Assembly (NCBI GenBank): GCA_900557045.1
Contig: USQY01000003.1
Coordinates: forward strand, 1-56,840
Direction of reading: 5' to 3'
DNA: 56,840 bases
Source of the DNA: an uncultured Clostridium sp.
GTDB lineage: Bacteria > Bacillota > Clostridia > TANB77 > CAG-508
A model generated the notes under the pieces. That model had not been told where the DNA came from. It saw only the letters and a list, made by a program, of their open reading frames with translations, and searched no databases. How positions within the stretch are numbered: position 1 is the first letter of the stretch; each line of letters opens with the position of its first letter. Shown here piece by piece: positions 18,502-30,698 of this stretch. A program made the position numbers and the translations under genes.

Positions 18502-21105
18502 TTATTTTCCATAATAAGCATCTAACATAATTTGTTTTAATTCTGTTACTAGTGGTAAACGAGGATTAGCATTAGTACATTGATCTTCAAAAGCTCTATC
18601 TGCTAACATATCTACTTTACTTAAGAATTCTTGTTCATCTACACCAGCATCTTTTAATGAATGTGGTATACCTAAATCTGAATTTAATTTTTTTATTTCT
18701 TCAATTAAAGAATTAACTCCCTCTTCATTTGTATATGCTGGGAATCCCATTTTTCTTGAAATATCTGCATATTTTTGGTCTGCTATAAAATATTCATATT
18801 TAGGGAATGATACAAATTTAGTTGGTTTTTCTGCATTATATTTTATAACATATGGTAATAAAATTGCATTAATTCTACCATGTGGTAAATGGAATTCTGC
18901 ACCTAATTTATGTGCTATTGAATGGTTAATTCCTAAAAATGCATTAGTAAATGCCATACCAGCAATTGTACTTGCATTATGCATTTTTTCTCTTGCAGTT
19001 TTGTTTGTTCCATTGTTATATGCTTCTCTTAAATTCTTAAAGACTAATTCTGCTGCTTTTTCAGCTAAACCGTCAGTATAATCTGAAGCCATATTAGAAA
19101 CATATGCTTCTATTGCATGTGTTAAAACATCCATTCCTGTATCAGCAGTAATTGATTTTGGCAAACTCATTACTAAATCTGGGTCTACAATTGCTACATC
19201 TGGAGTTAACTCATAATCTGCTAATGGATATTTTTTATTTATATTTTTGTCTGTTATAACTGCAAATGAAGTTACTTCTGAACCAGTTCCTGAAGTTGTA
19301 GGTATTGCAACCATTTTAGCTTTTTCACCTAATTTAGGGAATTTATAAGTACGTTTACGTATATCCATAAATTTAAGTTTTAAACCTTCAACATCTGCAT
19401 CTGGATGTTCGTAAAATAGCCACATTCCTTTAGCAGCATCAATTGGACTTCCTCCACCTATTGCTATAATAACATCAGGTTTAAATTCATTCATCATTGC
19501 TACACCTTTTTTTATTGTATCAAAAGATGGGTCTGATTCTACATCTGAGAATATTTCTGAATGAACATAATCAGCTCTTTTTCTTAAATGATATAATATT
19601 TTGTCAACATATCCTAATTTTACCATTGAAGGATCTGTTACTATAAACGCTCTTGTAATTTCAGGCATTTTTTCTAGATATGCTATTGAACCTGCTTCAA
19701 AATAAATTTTATCTGGAACTTTAAACCATTGCATATTAACCCTCCTTTTTGCAACTCTTTTTACATTTATTAAATTAACACTTGATACATTAGCTGTTGT
19801 TGAATTTCCACCAAATGTTCCACATCCTAATGTAAGTGAAGGCATATTTGTGTTATAAATATCACCTATTGCTCCATGTGTTGATGGAGAATTTACAATT
19901 ATTCTTCCAGCTTTTATTGTTTCTGAAAATTTCAAAATTGTTTCGTTGTCTTCTGAATGAATAACTGCAGAATGTCCAAGTCCTCCAAATTCTATTAATT
20001 TTTCAGCTAAACTAATTCCTTCATCACTATTATCTACAACATAATATGCAAGAACAGGGCTTAATTTTTCTTTTGAAAATGGATATTCTACACCAACACC
20101 ATTTTCTTGCAATACTAATACTTTTGTATCTTTTGGCACTTCAAATCCTGCCATTTTTGCAATATTATATGGACTTTTTCCTACTATATCAGCATTTAAA
20201 GCACAACCCTTTTCTTCAATAAACATACTACATTTTAATTGATTAGTTTGTTCTGCATTTAAGAAATAGCATCCCGCTTCTTTCATTAATTTTTCAAATT
20301 CATCTTTAATTTCTCTATCAACTATAACAGATTGTTCAGATGCACAAATCATTCCATTATCAAAAGATTTTGAAAGTACTAAATCATTAACAGATGTTTT
20401 TAATTTTGCTGTTTTATCTATATAACATGGAACATTTCCTGGTCCTACACCTAAAGCTGGTTTTCCACATGAATATGCTGCTTTTACCATTCCTGTACCA
20501 CCTGTTGCTAATATTAAGTTAACATCTGGATGATTCATTAAAAAATTTGTTGCTGTAATTGAAGGTTCTTCAATCCATAAAATACAATTTTCTGGTGCAC
20601 CTGCTTTAATTGCAGCATCTCTTACTGTTTTTGCTGCCTCTACACTACATTTTTGTGCAGATGGGTGAAATCCAAAAATAATTACATTTCTAGTTTTTGC
20701 AGCTATAATAGATTTAAACATTGTTGTGGATGTTGGATTTGTAACTGGTGTAACACCAGCAATTATTCCAACAGGTTCTGCTATATTTACATACCCCTCT
20801 TCTTCATTTTCATCTATTATTCCTACTGTTTTATCATATTTTATACTATGATAAATATATTCTGTTGCAAACATATTCTTTGTTATCTTATCTTCATATA
20901 TTCCACGACCAGTTTCTTCTACAGCCATTTTGGCAAGTTCCATGTGTTTTTCCAAACCAGCCATTGCCATACACTTTATAATACTATTTATTTGTTCCTG
21001 ATCTAGTTTTAAATATTCTTCAGATGCTTTTTTTGCTTTTTCTACTAGATCATTTATCATTTGTTTTATTCTTTGGTTTTCCTCCTCTGTAATCTCGTTT
21101 GCCAT
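18502..21105 (-). CDS. adhE: Bifunctional acetaldehyde-CoA/alcohol dehydrogenase
   Basis: 867 aa. The N-terminal ALDH domain has ICASEQS. The C-terminal iron-ADH domain has [10 protein letters not shown] and histidine-rich metal motifs. Confidence 0.95.
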   Translation of the reverse strand: MANEITEEENQRIKQMINDLVEKAKKASEEYLKLDQEQINSIIKCMAMAGLEKHMELAKMAVEETGRGIYEDKITKNMFATEYIYHSIKYDKTVGIIDENEEEGYVNIAEPVGIIAGVTPVTNPTSTTMFKSIIAAKTRNVIIFGFHPSAQKCSVEAAKTVRDAAIKAGAPENCILWIEEPSITATNFLMNHPDVNLILATGGTGMVKAAYSCGKPALGVGPGNVPCYIDKTAKLKTSVNDLVLSKSFDNGMICASEQSVIVDREIKDEFEKLMKEAGCYFLNAEQTNQLKCSMFIEEKGCALNADIVGKSPYNIAKMAGFEVPKDTKVLVLQENGVGVEYPFSKEKLSPVLAYYVVDNSDEGISLAEKLIEFGGLGHSAVIHSEDNETILKFSETIKAGRIIVNSPSTHGAIGDIYNTNMPSLTLGCGTFGGNSTTANVSSVNLINVKRVAKRRVNMQWFKVPDKIYFEAGSIAYLEKMPEITRAFIVTDPSMVKLGYVDKILYHLRKRADYVHSEIFSDVESDPSFDTIKKGVAMMNEFKPDVIIAIGGGSPIDAAKGMWLFYEHPDADVEGLKLKFMDIRKRTYKFPKLGEKAKMVAIPTTSGTGSEVTSFAVITDKNINKKYPLADYELTPDVAIVDPDLVMSLPKSITADTGMDVLTHAIEAYVSNMASDYTDGLAEKAAELVFKNLREAYNNGTNKTAREKMHNASTIAGMAFTNAFLGINHSIAHKLGAEFHLPHGRINAILLPYVIKYNAEKPTKFVSFPKYEYFIADQKYADISRKMGFPAYTNEEGVNSLIEEIKKLNSDLGIPHSLKDAGVDEQEFLSKVDMLADRAFEDQCTNANPRLPLVTELKQIMLDAYYGK

Positions 21106-21344
21106 ATAAAATTCCTCCTTTGCTTATAATAGTTATATTATATAGCATTGATTTCTTTTGTCAACAAATTTCCATATACATTTTTTTACATTTTTTGCGT
21201 TGATAACTGTTTATTACAGTTTAAAATTTTTAATTTACTATTTAACACTTCATTATCATTTTTTTCCAAAATCCTTTATTTTTTAAAAATTTTATAGTAT
21301 AATGTAAAACAAATATCTTACCACAGAAAGGATTTGGTAGTATA

Positions 21345-23741
21345 ATGGAATATAATTTTAAAGAAATAGAAAAAAAATGGCAACAATATTGGGATGAAAA
21401 CGAGACATTTAAAACTGATGTATGGGATTTTTCTAAACCAAAATTTTACGCTTTGGATATGTTTCCATATCCATCTGGTCAAGGTCTACATGTAGGACAT
21501 CCTGAAGGATATACAGCTACAGATATCTTATCAAGAATGAAAAGAATGCAAGGTTATAATGTTTTACATCCAATGGGATGGGATTCTTTTGGATTACCTG
21601 CTGAACAATATGCAATTAAAACAGGAAATCATCCTGCAAATTTTACAAAAGAAAATATTCAAACATTTAAAAAGCAACTAAAAATGCTAGGATTATCTTT
21701 TGATTGGGATAAGGAGATTTCCACATGCGAACCTAGCTATTATAAATGGACTCAATGGATTTTTAAACAATTATATAATGATGGATTAGCTAAATATGTT
21801 GATATGCCTGTAAACTGGTGTGAAGAATTAGGTACTGTTTTAGCTAATGATGAAATCATTGATGGAAAAAGTGAGCGTGGTGGATTCCCTGTTATTAGAA
21901 AAAACATGAAACAATGGGTATTAGATATTCCAAAATTTGCAGATGTTTTATTACAAAACCTAGATGAATTAGATTGGCCTGTCTCTACTAAAGAAATCCA
22001 GAGAAATTGGATTGGTAAATCAATTGGTGCACATGTCAATTTTAAAGTTTCAAATCACGATTTGATTTTTACTGTATTCACCACAAGATGTGATACTTTA
22101 TTCGGAGCAACTTATTGTGTTTTAGCACCTGAACACGAATTAGTAAAACAAATTACTACACCTGAACAATTACCTCTTGTTGAAGAATATATAAAAAAAT
22201 GTAGTTCAAAATCTGATTTGGAAAGAACAGATCTTAACAAAGAAAAATCCGGAGTATTTACTGGTGCATATGCTATAAATCCGGTTAATAATAAATTAAT
22301 TCCTATTTGGATAGCAGATTATGTTCTAGCTTCTTATGGAACAGGAGCAATAATGGCTGTTCCTGCACATGACGATAGAGATTATGAATTTGCAAAAAAA
22401 TTTAACTTAGACATAATTCCCGTTATTGAAGGTGGAAATTTGCAAGAATCTGCATATACTGAAGACGGAGCACACATTAACTCTAAATTTTTAAACGGTT
22501 TAAATAAAGAAGATGCAATAAATAAAATGTTGCAATGGCTTGAAGAAAACAAAATCGGTTCTAAAAAGGTTAATTATAAATTGCGTGAATGGATTTTTGC
22601 TCGTCAACGTTATTGGGGAGAACCTATTCCAATTGTTCACTTTGATGACAAAATGGAAGTATTAGATGATAGTGAATTACCTTTAGTTCTTCCCGAGCTT
22701 GAAGATTATGCTCCTTCAAAATCTGGTGCTTCTCCTTTGGAAAAAGCAACTGACTGGCTAAAAGTTGAAAAAAATGGTCGTATTGGGAAGAGAGAAACAA
22801 GTACAATGCCTGGTGCTGCAGCTTCTAGTTGGTATTTTATGAGATATCTTGATCCTAGAAATGATAAAGAATTTGCTGACAAAAAATTATTAGAATATTG
22901 GTTACCTGTTGATTTATATATGGGTGGACCAGAACATGCTGTTGGGCACTTACTATATTCTAGATTTTGGACCAATTTCTTGTATAACAAAGGATTCGTA
23001 CCTGTAAAAGAACCATTTGCTAAATTACGTCATCAAGGCATGATTTTAGGTTCAAATGGTGAAAAAATGAGTAAATCAAAGGGAAATGTAGTCAATCCAG
23101 ATGATATAGTTAATAAATATGGTGCTGATAGCTTACGTCTTTACGAAATGTTTATGGGACCAATTGAGGCATCTAAACCTTGGGATCCAAAAGGTATAGA
23201 TGGTTCTAAAAAATTCTTAGACAGAGTTTGGAGATTGTATGTAGAAACTGATAAAATTAAAAATGAAGAAAATTTAGAATTAGAAAAAGTTTATAATGTT
23301 ACAGTAAAAAAAGTTACAAATGATTACGAAACTATGAATTTTAACACTGCAATTAGTCAATTAATGATTTTTGTTAATGCAGTTTATAAAACAAATGTAT
23401 TTCCTAAACAGTATGCAGAAGGTTTTGTCAAATTACTAAACCCAATTGCTCCACATATTACAGAAGAATTGTGGGCAACCGTTTTAGGGCACAATAATAC
23501 AATAACATATGAAAAATGGCCTGAATATAATGAATTTAAAACAATAGATAATGAAATTGAAATTCCAGTTCAAATTAACGGAAAGTTAAAAGCAACAATT
23601 TTGGTTCCACTAAATTCTGATCAAGAAATAGTAAAATCTATTGTTCATTCTAATGAAAATGTTATCGCTAACTTGGATAGAAAAAATATTATTAAGGAAA
23701 TTTATGTAAAAAATAAAATTTATAATATAGTTGTAAATTAG
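21345..23741 (+). CDS. leuS: Leucyl-tRNA synthetase
   Basis: HVGHPEGY (HIGH motif), KMSKSKGN (KMSKS motif), and a typical N-terminus [16 protein letters not shown]. Confidence 0.96.
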   Translation: MEYNFKEIEKKWQQYWDENETFKTDVWDFSKPKFYALDMFPYPSGQGLHVGHPEGYTATDILSRMKRMQGYNVLHPMGWDSFGLPAEQYAIKTGNHPANFTKENIQTFKKQLKMLGLSFDWDKEISTCEPSYYKWTQWIFKQLYNDGLAKYVDMPVNWCEELGTVLANDEIIDGKSERGGFPVIRKNMKQWVLDIPKFADVLLQNLDELDWPVSTKEIQRNWIGKSIGAHVNFKVSNHDLIFTVFTTRCDTLFGATYCVLAPEHELVKQITTPEQLPLVEEYIKKCSSKSDLERTDLNKEKSGVFTGAYAINPVNNKLIPIWIADYVLASYGTGAIMAVPAHDDRDYEFAKKFNLDIIPVIEGGNLQESAYTEDGAHINSKFLNGLNKEDAINKMLQWLEENKIGSKKVNYKLREWIFARQRYWGEPIPIVHFDDKMEVLDDSELPLVLPELEDYAPSKSGASPLEKATDWLKVEKNGRIGKRETSTMPGAAASSWYFMRYLDPRNDKEFADKKLLEYWLPVDLYMGGPEHAVGHLLYSRFWTNFLYNKGFVPVKEPFAKLRHQGMILGSNGEKMSKSKGNVVNPDDIVNKYGADSLRLYEMFMGPIEASKPWDPKGIDGSKKFLDRVWRLYVETDKIKNEENLELEKVYNVTVKKVTNDYETMNFNTAISQLMIFVNAVYKTNVFPKQYAEGFVKLLNPIAPHITEELWATVLGHNNTITYEKWPEYNEFKTIDNEIEIPVQINGKLKATILVPLNSDQEIVKSIVHSNENVIANLDRKNIIKEIYVKNKIYNIVVN

Positions 23742-23752
23742 AAAAGAAATAA

Positions 23753-23800
23753 AAAAACTGATTATTTTTTAGTAATTTTGAAAATAATCAGTTTTTATTT
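23753..23800. terminator. Bidirectional terminator between leuS and the YihY-family gene
   Basis: Stem CTGATTATTTT/AAAATAATCAG flanked by A-runs and T-runs. Confidence 0.75.
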
Positions 23801-23805
23801 TTTAT

Positions 23806-24627
23806 CTATTTTTTATTTCTATATATAACAAAGTTGTTAATTTCAGCCCCAATCAAAATAATATACATACAAAAATATACCCACATCATAGCCAAAGTTA
23901 TTGTTGTTAAACTTCCATACATAACTGAAAAGCCTTTAAACATATCTATATATATTGAAAAGAAAAAAGAAATTACAAACCATCCTAAAGTTGCTACAAT
24001 AGCACCCGGAATTTGTTTTTTTAGACCTTTCTTATGACCTGGTATAAACCTATACATTAATAATAATGCCAGAAATAACACAATATATATAACTGTTTTT
24101 GACATATTAATAACGCCAATTATTTGTGACGAAATATTAAATTTCCACTGCACAAATTCTAATATAGTCCCACCAAATACTGAAATTGTAAGTACTAATA
24201 TTATTAATATTATAAAAATCACTGTACATATTAATGATTTTAATTGCATATAAAAATAATTATATTTTCTTTCTGTTTCATAAATATTGTGTAATCCTTT
24301 ACACAATGCAAAAAATCCCTTTTCAGCAGACCATAACAAAAATATTGCAGATATAGAAATTGTACCTATTGATTTTGAATATACTTCTTGGACAATACCT
24401 ATAGTTGCATCATTCATGCTTGCTGGAACAATATTTTGAATTATCGAAATCAAAGAATCCTTTGATATTCCAGTATATTGTATTAAAGTTACTATTAATA
24501 TTAAACATGGTATAAAAGACAAAATCGTATAATATGCACATTGAGCTGTATATTCACTAATATGGTGATTATTTAAATTCTGTAAAAATTTTTTTATGTT
24601 TTTTAAAATACCTTCCATTGTAGACAA
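23806..24627 (-). CDS. YihY/BrkB-family integral membrane protein
   Basis: AQCAYYTILSFIPCLILIV followed by ~6 TM segments. Size fits the YihY family. Confidence 0.7.
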   Translation of the reverse strand: MSTMEGILKNIKKFLQNLNNHHISEYTAQCAYYTILSFIPCLILIVTLIQYTGISKDSLISIIQNIVPASMNDATIGIVQEVYSKSIGTISISAIFLLWSAEKGFFALCKGLHNIYETERKYNYFYMQLKSLICTVIFIILIILVLTISVFGGTILEFVQWKFNISSQIIGVINMSKTVIYIVLFLALLLMYRFIPGHKKGLKKQIPGAIVATLGWFVISFFFSIYIDMFKGFSVMYGSLTTITLAMMWVYFCMYIILIGAEINNFVIYRNKK

Positions 24628-24648
24628 CTCCTTTTCACTATATTGTTT

Positions 24649-25968
24649 TTATTCCTCTATACACTTATCTATTATATATTTTGCAACATCTCTTCCACTC
24701 CTTGCAGCCCAAGCAACTGTTGCTTTTCCCCCTATAACATCTCCACCAGCAAATACATTTTTCATTGAAGTTTCACAATTTTCATCAACTTTAATATATG
24801 ATTTATTATTACATTCTAAACCTAAATTATTAATTACATTTTCCTCAACAGTTGAACCTATTGCCATAACAACATAATCCATTTTCAAATTAAAATTACT
24901 TCCAACAATATCAATTGGTGATAATCTAGTTTCTCCCTCCTTTTGCATTAACTCAGTTTTCACGCATTCTATTTCTTCTACTTTATCTTTTCCAAATATT
25001 CCAATTATATTAGTTTGAAATAAAAAATTTACTCCTTCGTTTTTGGCATCCTCAATTTCTTTTCTCTCCGCAGGCATTTGTTCTTCTGCCCTTCTATAAA
25101 TAACTGTAACCTTTTTAGCACCCATTTTATTTATAGTTCTTGCACAATCCATTGCAACATTTCCACCACCAATTATTGCAACATTTTTTTCTTTATAATC
25201 TGGATGACAATTATTCTCTAACAAAGAATTTCCTCCAAACACTCCATTTAGCTTTTCCCCATCTATTCCCATTTTCCAAGGAATATTAGCACCTATTGCA
25301 ATAAAAACATAATCATAATTATCTGATAATTCCTTTAACAACACATTTACACCAAGCTTTTTATTATATTCTACATTTATTCCCAAGCTTAAAATTTTAT
25401 TAATAACATTATCCAAAATCTTTTTATCTAATCTAAACTCTGGTATTCCATGCCTTAAAATACCACCCAATTTATCATACTTTTCATATATAGTAACTTC
25501 AAATCCATTTCTTGCTAAAAAAGCAGCACAAGTCAACCCTGCAGGTCCACTTCCCACTACAGCTACACTTTTACCATTTTTTTTACATTTAATATCATTT
25601 ATATTACAACCATTTTGCACAACCACATCATTTATATTATATCCATTTTGCACAACCATATCATCCATATTATAACCATTCTGTATAGCCATATCACCAA
25701 TAAAAGCCTCTAACTCTCCTATATTTACTGGATGTGACTTAATACCTCTAACACAACTTCCCATACATTGACTCATATGAGGGCAAACCCTTCCACAAAC
25801 TGACTCTAACACAGTAGTTTTACTTAATACTTTATATGCCTCCTCATAATTTTCGTTTTTAATATTTTTAATAAACTCTGGTATATCATTTCCCAAAGGG
25901 CAAGCTTTCTGACAAGGTTTAGTTTTGCAATTCAAGCAATATTCTGATAATTCATTTATATTCTCCAT
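24649..25968 (-). CDS. GltD-like NAD(P)H-dependent oxidoreductase (glutamate synthase small-subunit family)
   Basis: N-terminal Fe-S cysteines CLNCKTKPCQKACP and CGRVCPH..C. Dinucleotide folds VAVVGSGPAGL and VAIIGGGNVAMD. The C-terminus has VFAGGD. Confidence 0.85.
   Translation of the reverse strand: MENINELSEYCLNCKTKPCQKACPLGNDIPEFIKNIKNENYEEAYKVLSKTTVLESVCGRVCPHMSQCMGSCVRGIKSHPVNIGELEAFIGDMAIQNGYNMDDMVVQNGYNINDVVVQNGCNINDIKCKKNGKSVAVVGSGPAGLTCAAFLARNGFEVTIYEKYDKLGGILRHGIPEFRLDKKILDNVINKILSLGINVEYNKKLGVNVLLKELSDNYDYVFIAIGANIPWKMGIDGEKLNGVFGGNSLLENNCHPDYKEKNVAIIGGGNVAMDCARTINKMGAKKVTVIYRRAEEQMPAERKEIEDAKNEGVNFLFQTNIIGIFGKDKVEEIECVKTELMQKEGETRLSPIDIVGSNFNLKMDYVVMAIGSTVEENVINNLGLECNNKSYIKVDENCETSMKNVFAGGDVIGGKATVAWAARSGRDVAKYIIDKCIEE
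25594..25692. repeat. Three in-frame 33-bp tandem repeats inside the GltD-like gene
   Basis: Units lie at 25594-25626, 25627-25659 and 25660-25692. They encode MAIQNGYNMDD / MVVQNGYNIND / VVVQNGCNIND just before the FAD-binding GxGxxG motif. Confidence 0.9.
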
Positions 25969-26187
25969 TTAAATTTCTCCAATCACACAAAATAATTTTC
26001 TTAAGAACAAAGTGCCTATTCCACGCTTTTCATCTACTATTTAGCAAACTCTTACATATAAATAAAACTTTTCTATAATATAAAAAAAAAGCATTATCAT
26101 AATTTTATAATAACACTTGAATTCACTATATGTCAATCAACCTATAACATAATTGCACCTATACCTATAACATGATTCCAACTATAC

Positions 26188-27027
26188 CTACAGCATAATT
26201 ACAGCTGTACATAAACCATACTCACTCTTTTCAACACGATATGAATGAACCTTATCACTATTGCAAACACTACATATCCCACAATCAAAAATATTTTCCT
26301 GTTTTAACCCAACATCACCCAATATTATTCTATTTATAAGCACAGTATCAATTTTCCATTTATTTTTTCCATCCTTAACACCTACATTCTCAATAATCTC
26401 ATCCAGCCTACCTGTATATCCAAAATTTTCTACACACATATCCTTAACATCATCTTCAACCTCAAAATGACACTTTCTAATACTCGGACATATACAACAA
26501 ATAATATCCTGTGGATTACAACCATACTCTACCCTCATCTTATTCACAGCATTAACAGCAATCTTCTGAAAAGTACCTCTCCATCCAGAATGAACATTAG
26601 CAATAACCCTTTTTACAGGATCATAAAAAAGCAACAAAATACAATCAGCATTTGTAGTTGCCAAAATCATACCTTTCTTATCAGTCACCAACCCATCAAC
26701 ATTATCCAAAGCCTTATCATTTATCACAAATTTTTCTGTGCAACCAACCTCAACATCAACTCCCACGCACCTAACATTTCCACTATGTTTCTGCACAGGT
26801 TTAACAACATTTCTATAATCAACTTCCAAACAATCACACAACAACCTATAACAATTTACAGCCTCATCAACTTCATTTTTACCAACACCATATCCACTTG
26901 TTCTATAATTTCCTGGAATCAATCCATAAGCATTATTCACCCCAAGCTCCAACAACTTTCTAAACTGCAAATACTCACAAATTCCCTTCTTAACATGAAT
27001 CACCACATCATTACCCAAATTTTCCAT
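26188..27027 (-). CDS. pgeF: Peptidoglycan editing factor PgeF (YfiH/DUF152 family)
   Basis: QKHSGNV, TNADCILLLFYDP...ANVHSGWRGT, CPSIRKCHFEV, and CSVCNSDKVHSYR. Confidence 0.85.
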   Translation of the reverse strand: MENLGNDVVIHVKKGICEYLQFRKLLELGVNNAYGLIPGNYRTSGYGVGKNEVDEAVNCYRLLCDCLEVDYRNVVKPVQKHSGNVRCVGVDVEVGCTEKFVINDKALDNVDGLVTDKKGMILATTNADCILLLFYDPVKRVIANVHSGWRGTFQKIAVNAVNKMRVEYGCNPQDIICCICPSIRKCHFEVEDDVKDMCVENFGYTGRLDEIIENVGVKDGKNKWKIDTVLINRIILGDVGLKQENIFDCGICSVCNSDKVHSYRVEKSEYGLCTAVIML

Positions 27028-27075
27028 AACATTCTCCCTCCACCAAAAATCAAAAACACACCAAAAAAATCAAAT

Positions 27076-27297
27076 CACCAACCACCCTCGGAGAAAGAAA
27101 TTTGTTACTTTTGAAAAAATAAACCTCCGACCTGAGCCCCAAAACATCAACCCCCCGTCATTATCGTAACAACTCCCTCAAACACAGCACAACCCCCACC
27201 GCGTTTGAAGGAGGTTTATTTTTTCAAAAGTAACAAATTTTTTCTCTCGGTGCTCCCTCCAAAAAAAGCAACAAATTTTTTCTCTCAGTGCTCCCCA
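27076..27297 (-). repeat. Composite palindromic element, copy B (inverted relative to copy A)
   Basis: The reverse complement aligns with 5670..5901. It has two tandem units, a 15-bp-stem hairpin (27114..27128 pairing with 27210..27224), the shared core TTGTTACGATAATGAC...GGCTCAGGTCGGAGG, and an inverted unit. Confidence 0.85.
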
Positions 27298-27344
27298 AAA
27301 AAAGAAACACTTTCAAATCACAAACCACATATCAAAAAAGAAAA

Positions 27345-30300
27345 TCACCTCATCATCTCCAACACTACCTCTTTCTCCAAATTATTAATATAATTATACC
27401 CATTCCTACAATCTCCTCCACTAAAATTGCAAATCGACTTAAACCCACAATATTCACAAGGAGTCTTCTTATTCTTAACATTATAATAAGGCCTTATATC
27501 AATATTTCCACTCAATATCTCCTCAGATATCTGCCTAATCAACCTATTAGTATATTTTTGCAAATATTCAAACTGTTTCCTATTAACCACACTAGAACGA
27601 TTATTACTCAAAGTGCCCTCTTTCCCAATATATGCCGGAATCACATCAGAAGAACCAGTTTCCAGCTTCGTATCCATCATTTTTACTATATCCACATCTG
27701 CCAAAATTAATCCCTGCATTTTAAATTTTTTCCTAATTTTATCCTCTATCTCCTCATCAGTCAAACTTTTCTTAGACTTTATAGTAGGATCTATCAAATT
27801 AAAGTACAACACCCCTGCAGGCATTAAATCTTCCTCTTGGCATACAGCATCTAAATATGTAATTAACTGTAACTGCAGACCAGCATAAACTTGATTCAAA
27901 TCAATATTTTTGGCTGATGATTTATAATCAATTATTCTAACATATTTATCATTATCTAATTTAGCAATATCAATTCTATCTATCTTTCCTGTTATTTCAA
28001 CCTTTTGCCCACTTTCTAGTTCAATTGTTATTGGGCTATATTCTTTACCTTCTTTAAATTCCACTTCATTCCCAAGCACTTCAAATTTACTATATTTTAA
28101 GCTTTCTACTATATATTTCATTGATTTTAAAACAACTCTTTTTAACCTTGTACTAAGTGATTTATATTTAGGTGAACTTGAAAAAATAAAGTTTTTATTA
28201 AGATTTAGTTTTTCATCAATAATCTCTTCAACAATTTCATTAATCTCTTCTTCAGACAATTCCTTAATATTAAATGATTTTTCCCTAATCTTATTAAAAA
28301 AGTCATCAATAACATCATGCATAAATGTTCCTGTATCTATTGGATTTATTTTAAAATTGTCTTTTTCCGATAATTGTAATCCATACTTTAAATAATACGC
28401 AAAATGACATGCTTGATATTGTTCAAGCCTTGATACACTTGTATGAAGTGTATCTCCATACATCTTTTGAATATTTTTTTCATTAATTTTATCTGGTTTG
28501 TTTGTATAACTTAAAGCTTCCATTGCCTTTTCTAATTTATATTTCCACATAGGATTATTTTTATAATAATTATATACTTCAACCCATTCATCTTCTATTT
28601 CACCTGTATCACGATATTCACCCAACTTATTTAATAACTCATCAAATGTAGTATTTTCAATTAATATTTCAGATATTTTTTCAATAATATCACTATGTTC
28701 CTCTAGCATTGGAAATATCTTTTTAATTTTTGATACCAATATAGACCCTCTTAAAGTTTTTCCTTCTGAATCCGATGATGAATAAGATAAAAACAATTTT
28801 TCTTCTGCTGTTGTAAATGCTTTGTAAATATTAAAATTATCCTCATATAAACTTTCAACCGTATTTCTTGCAAGTTCTACTCCATTTTCTTTTAAATATT
28901 GTCTATCATTATCATTGAAAAAACCTTCATTTTTATGAACTGTTGGAAACATTCCATCATTTAATCCTATAATAAATATTGCTTTAACTTTATGACTTCT
29001 AGACCTATCAACATCACCTATTATAACTTGATCTTGTGTTCCAGGAATCTTTCCTAAATCACTACTTGCAAGCCCTGTTTTTAAAATTTGCATATATTTA
29101 TCAAAACTTACTTTTTCATTTCCAAAAACTAAAACAATTTCATCTAATACTCCCATTATAATTTTCCAACTAGTTTCATATTGTGTTGCAAATTCAGTTT
29201 GTCCTAATTGTTTTAATTCTTCTATCTTCTCCTCAAATTTTTTGTCTATTTCATTTTTTATTAAAAAATTATATAATTTTGTTGTAATAAGTTTTACTTC
29301 ATTTGTACCTTTTAAATCTTCTTTAAATTCTAGCAATGGATTTACTATTATTTTTCTTAACTCTCTAAACCTTTGTATTTTTGCCTTATTCTCATCATCC
29401 TCATCTTTAAAATTCCATTCTTGTTTATACCATTTACTATTTTTTATTCCCAATTTTTGACAGTAATTCTCTAATGCAAAAATTTCTTGTTTTGAAATAT
29501 CTAGAAAACCTGTTTTTACATAATTAAAAACTGATTCATAAGACCAATTTCTCGCAAAAATTTCTAAAATTGACAATAAATATTTTACAATAATATTTTG
29601 ATTTAAATCATTTTTTTCATCTATAAATACTGGTATTTGATATTTGTTAAATATTACTTTTACCAAATTTGAATATATATCTAAATTCTTAGTAATAACT
29701 GAAATATCTTTATATCTATAACCCTTTTTTTGCACTAATTTCACTATATTTTTAGCAATATTTTCTATTTCTGAATACTGATTATTGGCTAAAAATAATT
29801 CTATGTTTTCTGGTGTATTTTCATATCTTTTATATGGAACACTATATAAATTTTTTTCTAAATGTTTCAATTCATCATTTTTAAATCTATAAGGTTCTTT
29901 TAGAAAAATAGGTTCATCTATGGTTATTTTTGCTTCTTTCATTAAATCTAATAAACGAGAAATTGTTAATTTATTTGAATAAAATATATCATTTTCAGGA
30001 GCTATTGCTTCTTCAATAGAGTCTGAGCATATTGCAACAGTAACATCTTGTGCTTTATATGATAATTGTTTAATTATTTCATATTCTTGTTTTGTAAAAC
30101 CAACAAACTCATCTATATAAATTAATGTATTATCAAAAATTGAAACCTCATTAAGCTGATTTGCTAAACGTGTTAAATTATCATTTTCATCTATATATTT
30201 ATTTTCTATAACCTTTTCAAAATCAGTATACACTTGCAACATGTCTTGCAATTTTAGTTTTAAATAATCATCATCTGTTTCTTCCTTTATTTTGTTTAAA

Positions 30301-30698
30301 TCATCAACTGAAACTCCATGTTTTTTAAACTCTGTAATTTGTTCTATTATTAAATCAATATTTTCTTCTGACTTTCCTAAAAATTTTAACTTACTTTTTT
30401 TAGTTGCCAATATATTATAAATAAGCATAGCTTTACCTGAGCTTGATAATTCAACCTTTGCTGTTCCTCCAACTTCTGATGCAACTCTATATGCCATTCT
30501 GTTGAAAGTTAAAACTTCTGCATTTATAATAGACCTATTTCCTAATGTTTCTAATAATTTTTTTTCTGCTGTAAATGAAAACTGTTCTGGTGTAATTATA
30601 TAAATTTTATTTTCACAATTTATTTTTTTCTTTATTTCATTATACATATATGTACTTTTTCCAACACCTGATTTTCCATATATTAATCTAAAACTCAT
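27345..30698 (-). CDS. addB: Helicase-exonuclease AddAB, subunit AddB
   Basis: MSFRLIYGKSGVGKST at the N-terminus. RecB-type nuclease motif RIIDYKSS. The Fe-S cysteines include CEYCGFKSIC. I moved the start to the ATG 7 nt after a GGAGGA ribosome-binding site; it overlaps the ogg stop as ATGA. Confidence 0.9.
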   Translation of the reverse strand: MSFRLIYGKSGVGKSTYMYNEIKKKINCENKIYIITPEQFSFTAEKKLLETLGNRSIINAEVLTFNRMAYRVASEVGGTAKVELSSSGKAMLIYNILATKKSKLKFLGKSEENIDLIIEQITEFKKHGVSVDDLNKIKEETDDDYLKLKLQDMLQVYTDFEKVIENKYIDENDNLTRLANQLNEVSIFDNTLIYIDEFVGFTKQEYEIIKQLSYKAQDVTVAICSDSIEEAIAPENDIFYSNKLTISRLLDLMKEAKITIDEPIFLKEPYRFKNDELKHLEKNLYSVPYKRYENTPENIELFLANNQYSEIENIAKNIVKLVQKKGYRYKDISVITKNLDIYSNLVKVIFNKYQIPVFIDEKNDLNQNIIVKYLLSILEIFARNWSYESVFNYVKTGFLDISKQEIFALENYCQKLGIKNSKWYKQEWNFKDEDDENKAKIQRFRELRKIIVNPLLEFKEDLKGTNEVKLITTKLYNFLIKNEIDKKFEEKIEELKQLGQTEFATQYETSWKIIMGVLDEIVLVFGNEKVSFDKYMQILKTGLASSDLGKIPGTQDQVIIGDVDRSRSHKVKAIFIIGLNDGMFPTVHKNEGFFNDNDRQYLKENGVELARNTVESLYEDNFNIYKAFTTAEEKLFLSYSSSDSEGKTLRGSILVSKIKKIFPMLEEHSDIIEKISEILIENTTFDELLNKLGEYRDTGEIEDEWVEVYNYYKNNPMWKYKLEKAMEALSYTNKPDKINEKNIQKMYGDTLHTSVSRLEQYQACHFAYYLKYGLQLSEKDNFKINPIDTGTFMHDVIDDFFNKIREKSFNIKELSEEEINEIVEEIIDEKLNLNKNFIFSSSPKYKSLSTRLKRVVLKSMKYIVESLKYSKFEVLGNEVEFKEGKEYSPITIELESGQKVEITGKIDRIDIAKLDNDKYVRIIDYKSSAKNIDLNQVYAGLQLQLITYLDAVCQEEDLMPAGVLYFNLIDPTIKSKKSLTDEEIEDKIRKKFKMQGLILADVDIVKMMDTKLETGSSDVIPAYIGKEGTLSNNRSSVVNRKQFEYLQKYTNRLIRQISEEILSGNIDIRPYYNVKNKKTPCEYCGFKSICNFSGGDCRNGYNYINNLEKEVVLEMMR

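Noticed and set aside
21106-21344. An expected T-box leader upstream of leuS
   Set aside because: There is no GGGTGGTACCGCG-like motif and no terminator/antiterminator pair in the 239-bp adhE-leuS divergent region.
5629-27297. The idea that undoing an inversion between the two palindromic elements would place addA next to addB
   Set aside because: The gene adjacent to copy A on the inner side is the D-Ala-D-Ala carboxypeptidase. pcrA, on the outer side, has a PcrA-type C-terminus and length rather than AddA features. No addA is present in the window.
26467-27710. Plus-strand ORFs 26467..27114, 27205..27393 and 27288..27710
   Set aside because: They are antisense shadows of pgeF, the repeat element and addB on a G-poor strand. 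Their translations are low-complexity (Ile/Asn/Ser/Pro-rich) and they have no ribosome-binding sites.
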